Source: Octopus bimaculoides
Taxonomy: Eukaryota
Reading direction: 5' to 3'
DNA length: 53,194 nt
Assembly: GCF_001194135.2 (NCBI RefSeq)
Contig: NC_068985.1
Coordinates: forward strand, 25,902,175 to 25,955,368
The notes beneath the pieces were generated by a model that had not been told where the DNA came from, searched no databases, and saw nothing but the letters and a program-made list of their open reading frames with translations. The number at the start of each line of letters is the position of its first letter. Within the stretch, counting starts at the first letter, position 1. Both the position numbers and the translations under genes were made by a program. Shown here one piece after another: positions 26,801 through 38,484 of this stretch.

Positions 26801-29425
26801 TTTTTTCTTACTTATAGGCTTTTATATGAAATGATGACAAGCAGTGCTCCCAACACTGGAGGTCTGATGGTCAGTGTGCAGCTCTTAGGTGTTCTATTAA
26901 AATGTAATTTTTCACCTTATGTAAATATGACAGATGTTCCTCGAGAAACGTGAGTTTTTACTCTTAAAAATATCTTCTCTATAAATAGGAAACACATTTT
27001 AATTCACAAAATGACATATAGTGATGTTCTTAAATAAGATATTAAACTATTGCCACAGTGTACCAAACTGTGTAGCGGGATAGCTACTAGTCCTGCTTTA
27101 AAAAGAGTTTTTTAATATGCTAACTGTGACATATACCACTGGTGGTTCATTGCAAACTTCACACAACTGGTAATACATTTTTATAATTTTAGAAGATATT
27201 CAGTTCTATACCTTTGACATGGTTTCAGGGACATTTAGATGAGTGCTAAATATTAAAGTTTAATTATATATTGTAAAAATGCAAAAGAAATTACATTTCC
27301 TTGTAATTAAACAGTATGCAGCATGACTGAAAATATGTGGCATCACCAGTAAGTTCCAGGTTAGCATGTTTAATCTTTTTATGAACCCAGAATGTTCATT
27401 ATGCTTGTTTTGTAGACTAAATACTGATCTGCATTGGGTAAAAGCTAACTGACTTTAGCAATAAGATTCATACAGACTCTCCATGGGCAAAACTCTACAA
27501 TTTTCCCCTTAGTGGATTATCACTTTGCTGTAGTAGTCAGCCTTGAAGACATGAATTTACACAACCTGGCTTTCTGTCAGTTACAACAATGAGGATTCCA
27601 GTTGATTTAATCAACAGAATAGCCTGCTTGTGAAATTAACATGCAAGTCACAGAGCACTTCACACACATGTATACCTTTAACACAATTCACATAATGTGA
27701 CGAAGTTGGTCCTTTGAAATAAAGGTACAACTCATTTTTGCCAGCTGAGTGGACTGGAGCAACATGAAATAAAGTGTCTTGCTCAAGGACAAAACAGGCT
27801 GCAAGGAATCAAACTTACAATCATCAGCCAAATATCCTAACCACTAAGTCATACACTTTCTTTATTAATGTACAACAATCAAAATAATAATTATATTTTC
27901 CACTAAGTTTAAGAAAAAAAAATTCAAACTGCTTTTGAAGGTGTAATTTCAATTTTTCTTTTCAACAGCCCTTAAGACACTAGATTTAATTCAATTAACT
28001 TAGTAAAACAATAGCGGAGGCGCAATGACCCAGTGGTTAGGGCAGCCAACTCGCAGTCATAGGATCGCGGTTTCGATTCCCAGACCGGGTGTTGTGAGTG
28101 TTTATTGAGCGAAAACACCGAAAGCTCCATGACGCTCTGGCAGGGGATGGTGGCAAACCCTGCTGTACTCTTTCACCACAACTTTCTCTCACTCTTACTT
28201 CCTGTTTCTGTTGTGCTTGTAATTCAAAGGGTCAGCCTTGTCACACTGTGTCACGCTGAATTTCCCCGAGAACTACGTTAAGGGTACACGTGTCTGTGGA
28301 GTGCTCAGCTACTTGCACGTTAATTTCACAAGCAGGCTGTTCCATTGATCGGATCAACTGGAACCCTCGACGTCATAAGCGACGGAGTGCCAACAACAAC
28401 AGTAAAGCACTTCACATTAAAAATGTCTTACTTCTAAGGAAAATAAATCATTATATTTTGACTTCTCATACAGGTAAACTACAACTTTTATTTTTATTTA
28501 TTCTTCTTTTTTATAGATATTTTGATCGGTTGTCTGAAGGACTTCGTCATAATAGTAAAATCGTTTATGCTAGCACAGCTGAGGTGTTAGGTTTGTCATT
28601 GAAATATTTTGATCAGCATAAAGATTCTGAATTTGAGAAATTTATGAGACAAATTGAAAAGGTAATGAATAATTTAGAATCCAAGCTTGGAAATTTCTTT
28701 GTTTGTCTTCATAAGATGCAGTTGCACTATCAACCAGTTGCTAAGAGGTGAGTTAAACATTTCTTACTGAAAATACTTTAAGAATCTATTTCATTGAGAG
28801 AAAAAAAAAAACTTTCAGCTGACTATAAAATTTTGAAGCAATTAATCACCTCTAAAAAAAAGAAAAAAAAAATGAAAGCACAATTTCTATTTTAAATTAA
28901 ATTTATGTTGAAATGTTCTCGGAACTTTATTCATCCATGCCCACCAAAACAGTCATTAAATAAAATATTGCATATATGTATATGTGTGTTTATGTATATA
29001 TATGCATGTGTATGTAGGCGTAGGAGTGGCTGTGTGGTAAGTAGCTTGCTTACCAACCACATAGTCCCGGGTTCAGTCCCACTGCGTGGCATCTTGGGCA
29101 AGTGTCTTCTACTATAGCCTCGGGCCGACCAAAGCCTTGTGAGTGGATTTGGTAGACGGAAACTGAAAGAAGCCTGTCGTATATATGTATATATATATAT
29201 GTATGTGTGTATGTGTTTGTATGTCTGTGTTTGTCCCCCCAACATCGCTTGACAATCGATGCTGGTGTGTTTATGTCCCCGTAACTTAGCGGTTCGGCAA
29301 AAGAGACCGATAGAATAAGTACTAGGCTTCCAAAGAATAAGTCCTGGAGTCGATTTGCTCGACTAAAGGCGGTGCTCCAGCATGGCCACAATCAAAAGTC
29401 TGAAACAAGTAAAAGAGTATGTATG

Positions 29426-29480
<55 letters not shown>

Positions 29481-29900
29481 ATATAGATATAGATATATAA
29501 GCTTGTATTGTTAGGTATATGTATGTGTATGCAGATGTACATGTGTGTGTGTGTACGTAAATATATATATTCATTATCATCATTTAATGTCCATTTTCCA
29601 TGCTGGCATGGGTTGGACAGTTTGACAGGAGTTGGTAGGCCAGGGAGCTGCACCAAGCTCCAATTGTTTGTTTTGGCATAGTTTTTGCAGCTTGATGCCC
29701 TTCCTAATGCCAATCACTTAACAGAGTGTACTGGGTGCTTTTTAACATGGCACCAGTACAGGTTCTTTTTAACATGGTGCAAATATGGGAGCTTTTTTTG
29801 CATGGTGCAATCACAGGTGCTTTTTATATATGCCAACATGGGTGCCTCTTATGTGGCACTAACAAGAGTGCTCTTACATGCACACACACACATACAAACA

Positions 29901-29941
<41 letters not shown>

Positions 29942-31808
29942 GTAACTGACATGAGAGAGGCCAATATCACATGACCATACATAGAGAAAATTGTTGCCAA
30001 CTGAAACTAGTAATGTCAACTTGCTACCCAATGCACTTGAGAGCATAAGAGGGACTGTGACCGAGTCACCTGTGTATAGATTTTGGGGTGGACAGAGGAA
30101 CTCAGCATTCTGAGGTATCTACATATTGTCAGACTTGTTAGTGAGCTACAAAGCAAAATAGCAGCAGTTTTATATGGCTAGGAGAAGCTAACACTAAATA
30201 GAATTGATATATACTTCTGGATAAGAAATTCAATATACTTCATTTTCTACATAAAGACTGCTACCAGTGAGAAATTCACAGTACATACATAATGCTGAAC
30301 TTTTGCATCTCAAATATACAAGAATAATTTACAAATAAATGGCTGAAAGTTTTTTTTATATTAATATCAAAATATGTAATTTTTTTTGATTGTTTTGTTT
30401 TTGTGGTGGTGGGTACTTTTTGTTTTTCATTCAAATTCAAACAATTGATTTAAAATGTTTCGTATACATTGTGTACATTCAAATACACACATAAAAAATA
30501 TTGACTGAATTCAACTAAGAGCCCTTGAAGATGGTTCATTATTTTAAAGGCCATGCAAGATACATGTAAGAAAGCTCGTAATAGATGGGGAAATATTTGG
30601 AAGGGCATCCATTTGTAAAAACCATGCCAAAATTGACCTCACCTGTGTGAGTCCCACATAAAAAGCACTCAGCCCACTCTACGGAGTGGTTGGTGTTAGG
30701 AAAGGCATCCAGCCATAAAAACCATACCAAAACAGACACAGAAGCCTGGCACAAACTCCAGCCTGGTCAGCTCCTCTCAAACCATCCATGCCATGCCAGC
30801 ATGGAAAGGGGACGTTAAACAATGATGATGATGACATGACTTGTAAAGGCCATCAAGGCAAAAGGGCCTGCTAGACAAAATACTTAACAGCTTGTCTTCT
30901 GACTTTATGTACTGAGCTCAAATACCAAAATGGTTAACTTTGCCTTTCTTCCTTTCAAAGTCAATAAAGAAGAATACCAGTCGATCACTGAGGTTGATGC
31001 AATTGACTTATCCCCATCCAGTAAAATAGCTTCATTTTTGCCAGAATTTGAAAAACCATTATGATTTGTAATTTATTTTCATTATGATTATTTCTAGATA
31101 TTTACCAAAGCTGCTCCATCACTTAACCAAACTCCATGGAGATTTCCAATTGTATTGTTTGGAAATGTTGCTTGGGAATATCAAGAATGTTGACGGTGCA
31201 TTCAAAGAATTAAAGAGCAAAAATTTCTTCTCTTTCTTTGCTCACAGGTAAGTACTTTTATTCTTCAGTTATTGTCAGTTATTTTTAAATGACTTTTGGA
31301 AGAAATATTGTAACACTAAATCAATCAATTAGTTGTATTCTCTTCCTACAAAAAAAAAATGTCATGCCATGATATATAGGCAAAAATTATTGGTAATACA
31401 CTAAGCATTACTATTGTATTTAGTTTAACCTTTCTTTTTTTTTTTTTTTTTTTTTTATAATCTTTTTTACATTCTAAATTCACAGTATTCTAAGATCAGC
31501 AACTTAACCTTTCCATTTTTTACTTTCAATAATTAGGTCATTAATAAACTAAGGTGGAGTTATTTGGCTATATCATTGCTACTTCAGAAATTTACTTTGT
31601 ATGTAACTAAGAAATTTTAAGTTTTTAAGCACTTTCACCTAAACCAACCACTCTCAAAATTAGTGACATTGTTAGTTACTTGAGAAGGAACTATTGAATA
31701 ATTTGGGAAAGATGAAGCATTACCAGAAAGTGCTACATTTCACTGATGCACATGTTAGATAAGAAAGAAGAAATAGTTATTTTCATCATAATAACTGACA
31801 TGCATATC

Positions 31809-31841
<33 letters not shown>

Positions 31842-31842
31842 G

Positions 31843-31902
<60 letters not shown>

Positions 31903-34900
31903 CATGCTCCTTATGCATTCCAAAACCAAGTTGCCGATTTTGACGTATGGGGTATCAAAAGACTCAGTAAGCTTTTGGCTACCAACTAAACTATATTTTC
32001 ATTCACTTATTTGCATTACAAAAATTTAACATTATCATTTTTCTTTTAATCATCTATTGTAAACAACGTCTTTTACCACCACCACACTGACAATGATGTC
32101 ACATTTTCTATTTGAGTGTGTTCGCGCGTTTATTATGTACATTAGGCCTATAACTGACAAGTATATGTATGTGACGGTGTTTGTGCCTGTCTGAATACAT
32201 ACATTTTTGTGACGACTAACACACACACACATCTAAAGGCACAGACAGACACACACAGGGACGGAGGTAGGCTTGAGGTATGCGTTAATGTGTGTGTGTG
32301 TGTCTTAGTATATGTATGTGACTTTACCCCCCACCCAACTTGCAAGAATATGAACCCTGAGATGGGGGAGGTAACTTTATGCTACTAGTATAAGGATTAA
32401 AAAAGGGTACAGTATGAGTGAAAAAGACCAGAGATGAACAGGTTTCTTGCTATAGATGAGCTGTATGACTGTTCACATTTTAGAAGACAGGGTGGCAGTA
32501 GGGCTGGAAGAAGGTGTATGGTGACGAGATGTTACAGTGGACTTTCTGTGTATGAGATGAGTAGGAATGAATAAGCCAAAGCTGTGTATGTGAGTCTATT
32601 TGCACACACACACACATGTACACTGGTTCACACACAAATTATCACTCTCTGGGTTATTATTTATTTTGCTGGAAGAATCTGCTCATTTACTAAGCAATTC
32701 AGACTCTATGAAGAAAAGTGCATGTGAGGCCTCCTTTTCAAATGAATGAGTCCTCTACATACTGAGCTGGTCTCTCAGCAAGATAAATTATAACTCATAG
32801 TGAAAAACTGTATTAATAAATTATGGAATTCTATCTTAAACTGCTCAGAGAACTTAATTGAAAATGGTATTCTTTGTTTTTTAAAAAATAGTAGTTTGCT
32901 CCATCTATACTTTTCTTCTGATGAAGGAGTAGTCTCCAAAATGTTAAGACTCTCTCCCTTCCTTTTAAGTGTTTAGCTTAATACAGTATTTTATTAAGGT
33001 ATATGTATGTAAATATGCATGTGTCCCTCCTGTGTTGTCTTTTTTTTATTTCATGCTCATTGCTTCTATATATATTATTACTAATGTATCTTTTTTTTTT
33101 TTTTTTTAACAGAAATAAAAATATTCGATTGACTTCTTTGCATATTGTGAAAGCTTTGCTTGCTGAACTTAAACCAAATGAGTTAGCAGAAATATTTTCT
33201 AGTATTAATTGTCAGAAAGAAGAACCATGGGTAGCTTGTCGTAAAGTATTGTATGATATCCTCATGTGGGTATATGACAACTATGGGTAAGTTTTTCAAA
33301 ATGTCTTTGCTCTTCATTTTCTTGTGGGGGGGGGGATCTTTTTTTTAATTTTTTTTTTTTTACAGTCTCAGGTAAGAAGAATGAAAGTGCCCAGAACCCT
33401 TTCCAGGGTTTCCGAGGCTGGTAGGAGTGAAGAGAAGATATCATCAAAGTAGAGACTTTGTCCAAGATACTTGCAAGAAAGCAGACTCTTTTACATGCAC
33501 CCAGAGTACCAGGTGACTGTGTGGTGTTAAACTGGGCAACTAATTAAATTATTTCTACTCAACCCATGGAAAACATGCTAAGTGGCATCATTATTATGAG
33601 TTTTTCTTCTTTCAATTTTGTTCCCATTCCTTGTCGAGTGTCTTCCAGACAACTTGGGCAAAGAAACTCACTTTATACATTGGTAGACCATTAAAATAAA
33701 CAGATCAGAATGTTCATTTACAAAATCAAGTTATGTAGAAAGAGAAAAAAAAGAAAAAGAAAAAAGAATAAATAATAAAATTTTACATAGGTTTAATCAT
33801 TCTTATAGCAACACTGCTCTTCTCAATATGTGTGATGTACCAGTTAAAGCAATTTTTGCATGTCTTGCATGGATGGTAAACCAGGGATCATTCTCAAATA
33901 ATTTTCAGTTTCTTTTTTGATCATTCCAAGGTGCTCCTACAATCACTGGTATTGTAACCGCCTTAAAATGCCACATTTTGCCAATTTCAATTAGCAAGTC
34001 TATTTTCCGAGCTCATCAAACTCTTTTGCCGAGATATTACGATCACAAGGAATACTCATGTCAATCAATAAACAGACTTTATTGTTTTGGTTTTTCACAA
34101 CAATAGCTAGTTTATTAGCTTTTATGGTTGTATTGTTATTGTTATTGATGATGATTATTATTATTATTACTTCCGCCTTAGCAAAGGCAGAGGTATTGTT
34201 TTCAGTTGTGTTTGTTTGTCCATGGGCAAGATATCTCAAGAATCACTGGATGGATTCAGATGAAAATTTCAGGGATGTTTGGCCTCATGACTGGCATGAA
34301 CTGATTAGATTTGGGGATCGATCCAGTACCAGACAAGGATTCTGGATTATTTGTTATATTTACTTTACTTTATATGATTACAATCTTTCATTCACTTTCA
34401 AGTCTTTCTCAATTATCTCCCTTTAGGTTGTTTCCAAAGTTTTATTTTTGTTTCTCTATTGTTAATTTTACTCGTGTCTCTATCTTAGTAGAAACTGATG
34501 GATAAAGAAATTAAACTACATAAACAAACGGCAGCAAAACCGTTCAGGAATTAAATAACACTAACATATTTTTATAATATATATATTATATATTATACAT
34601 ACATATTAACACTTTACAGTATACTTACATATATACATACATCTATACATTGATCTAAAACAACAGGAATACTAAAGGAAGGCTGGAATTTAAGAGAAGA
34701 GAAAACCAAAAGGTCTCATGTTATTCATTTAAAAAGAACTTATTATTATTACCTCCACCTTGAAACTATTTTGAATGGTAAATTTGTTAACTTTGGCTTG
34801 TATTAGATAAGGGTAAACTATTCATTACTGCTACTAAATTTTCTACTGCCATCTTCACATTCTATGACTACCATTGGGATCAATCAGGTACCAGACAATG

Positions 34901-37900
34901 ATTCTGGATTATTTTTCTGTTTTTTTTTTTTTACTTAATTTTTGAGAGCGGTCGGGTTCATTTTTAGTATTCTCGTTTGTGAGAGCAGTGGAGTTTATTT
35001 CAGATATTCTCATTTTAAAAATCATCTCTGGCTAATCATTGAGAGGACATTGGTATTGCCTTGGCAAAGGTTTGTGCTTTCTGAGTGCTCTTGTTGTTGT
35101 TGCTATTATTATTATCTTATCATTATTATTATTATTTGATGAAAACTCTCAGTTTATTTTGCTGGGTATGATGGAAAGTGTCAGCTGTCCACAGCCAGCA
35201 GACTAAGGTGACACTCGTTTTATTAATCTTTTTGACCCCAGTTGGTAGTTGAATACTGATACTTCCAAGTGCACCAATTACTATTAGTATCACGTCTACT
35301 GTCTTCATTGACTACAACCTTCAGGTGATTGCACTGAATCATTGCATCCCACAGGATTTTGCAATCTTCATTCTCAGTGACTCTTTCCGGAGTTTTCTCA
35401 TACCACATCTTTGCTCTTTGTAGGCCAAGATTTCTATATTCTGCATCTGTTGCTCTTGACAGTGTTGTCAATTCTGCACTTTACATAGTTAGTCCTTAAT
35501 GCTTGTTCTTGTGCTGCGCATATAAGTGCTTCTGTCTATCTTCAGGTCACTCCTCTTCATCCATAGCCACCAGTACTATACAACAATACTAATAATACTT
35601 ATTAGTATTATGTTACCCTATTTATCTTTTCTTTTTGAACATGGTTGGGTGTGAATTGAGTGAGATCTGACTTCTGTTTTAAGTGAGTCAAGTGACCACA
35701 TAGAAATTCATTCATTGGCCCAGAAAGCAATCTTGTAGATAATGTAGCTCATCAACTCATAATTGGGCTCTTTGTTTACAAATTGCTATTTTGATAATAC
35801 CCTAAATTTACTGTAATTTGATATCTTCAAATATAGTGTTAACATTTCTGTTTATATTTTTACTATTATAAAATAGAAAGTAGCATCATCATCATTATCT
35901 TCATTGTTTTTATGTCTGCCTTCAATGCTGGCATCAGTCAGACAGATTGTCATGACCCATGTCAGTTCTTATTTGAAGTTACTGCTCTGCTAAACAGATT
36001 AAAGTATTGGGTCATCCCCTAAATAACCCATTTTTTTCAATTGCCTGAACTAAAAGTTGGAGGGGGACAGGATAAACTACCTGCATCAACTTGCTATAAA
36101 AGTAGGTCGTAATTTTACCTTGTACTTATTCTTAGCACAAGTTTTGAAGAGTGGAGTTCGATTTTAACAGTTATTTTAACAAAGCTATAATGGAAGTGAC
36201 AAAGGAGCATATTTTGCTTTGCAAGTTCAATAAAGGCAACAATGCAATAGAAAGTGTGAAGAAAATCAATGCAGTATATGGGGATCGGACAATAAGCATA
36301 CAATAACATGGTGAAGGTGGCGGAGATGTGTGTGATTGAGCTTATGGTGAGTGTGATGGTGCATTTGTTTCATGTTGTGAGTTTAGAAAGGGGTAATATG
36401 AGGCTCAGGTGTATGAAGGTCTGTGAATGCCCATCAACTGCACTACCACACACTTAACTCTGAAATAGCATAGTCTACTTAGCTATAAGTAGATGCAGCA
36501 AAGTAAAAACAACTGAACTCAGTAAACATCAACAGAACTCTGAAATTAATATTTCAGTAACTTGCAGCAGTATTGAGCTCTGTTCCTCTTATAAGAATAG
36601 CTTGAAGAAGGATTGTCTTCAATAAACTAGAATTTGTACAGAAGCCTGTTGTATGTGTATAAATGAATAATGACTACATTCTTTTTATGTGGCTGCCGAT
36701 GCATGATGTTCGTTCGGTCATGCATGCACAATTGCTAGCATGATCGAATTTGCAACTGGAATATCATACTGATGAGGAAATGGAGAGTTGTTCGCTCCTA
36801 AGCCAAAAACGCGTCTATGATTAACTACGGCTGGTTAGTTTTCGTTGTTTTTTCTTCTTGTTTTGCCTTTGTGAGTTACAAGTAATGCTATCTGTTGGAG
36901 TTTCAGCATTTTAGCTGCTATTTCTGTTGCTGATCCCTTAATTATGTTTATATATGTATATATATATATTTATTCTACACATTAAACCTATTTTATCCAT
37001 TTTAGAGAGGAAACATCAGAAGAAAGTGGTCAAATAATGTCTTATACACAGGAATTATTGTTGAAAGGTCTAGAAGATAAAGATTATTCATGCCGGTAAG
37101 TATAAGTATTAATAATTTTAAGTCTTCTTTGTTGATGCTTTAACTAAAAAGCTTACAAAACAGGTAAAAAGAAAATTATATAAATCCTTAAAATATTCAG
37201 GGATAAATTGTTTATTGTTATTTTTATTTGTTTATGTTGGCTGTGTGGTAAGAAGCTTGCTTCCCAACTACATGGTTCCAGGTTCAGTCCTACTGTGTGG
37301 CACCTTGGGCAAGAGTCTTCTACTATAGCCTTGGACTGACCAAAGCCTTGTGAGTGGATTTGGTAGACGGAAACTGAAAGAAGCCCATCGTNNNNNNNNN
37401 NTATATATATATATATATATATATTTGTGTATCTGTGTTTGTCCCTACACCATTGCTTGACAACCTATGCTGGTGTGTTTGTATCCCCATAACTACGTTA
37501 CGGGGACGTAGCTTAGTGGTTTGGCAACAGAGACATTTTAAGTACTAGGCTTACAAAGAATAAGCTCTGGGGTTGATTTGTTCGACTGAAGGCAGTGCTC
37601 CAGCATGGTCACAGTCAAATGACTAAAACAAGTTAAAAAATTTAAAAATAAAAGAATGTTTATATATTAAACCAGAGAAGATCTAGTGTGTGAAATCTGA
37701 TGTGAATATGAGATATTTTAGATAGAAATAGTTTCTGGAAGAGTTGAGCATCACATGTTCATGCTAAAAAGAAAGGCAAATGTACTGAATGATTTTAATT
37801 GAAATTTTGGTACAACCAGTTAATTTGGCTGAGCAATTACATTAGTAAGTCTAACAGAAAGCAATCATAATTTAATAAAGAACCAAGTGCTGAAGGCTAT

Positions 37901-38181
37901 TGCACAACACTTAAATCTTTTGCAGTAAGCAAAATATGTCTTCGATTTGTTTAATGACTTGAACAGGAATTGATTTTGAGATAGGATTCTGCATCCAGAT
38001 GCTTTTCCTGTTGCCAACCTTTAGTTGTTTTTCAAGTAAAGGATTTTTCTACTTCAAGGCTCTTTGAAAGCACAGGGCAACTGGATACAATGACAACAAG
38101 GAATATCAGCATCAGCTCTGCTCAGTTCAAACGATGGCGGCCAAGAGAGCTGTATTCATGTGCATGTATGTGCACACGCAT

Positions 38182-38219
<38 letters not shown>

Positions 38220-38439
38220 GTGCGCACGCTCACTCTTAGTCAACAGAGACTTATGAAAAGTCTATGATGCATTTTGAATTTTCCATGACTCAACTTTCTT
38301 TATCAAAATTTGCCTACAAATAATCTTTTTGATACGGCTAATGGGGCCAGGTTTCAAATCTGTTTTCCTCCTTACTGAATCTAAGTTGTTACTATTTATC
38401 TAACAACAGCAACTTATGGTGCACATAAGCATGTATATA

Positions 38440-38484
<45 letters not shown>

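Noticed and set aside
28014-28095. Possible tRNA-Arg genes (also 11370-11450, 39607-39690, 50180-50260)
   Set aside because: They have A/B boxes but no proper acceptor stem, and each continues into a SINE body and tail; two have TSDs.
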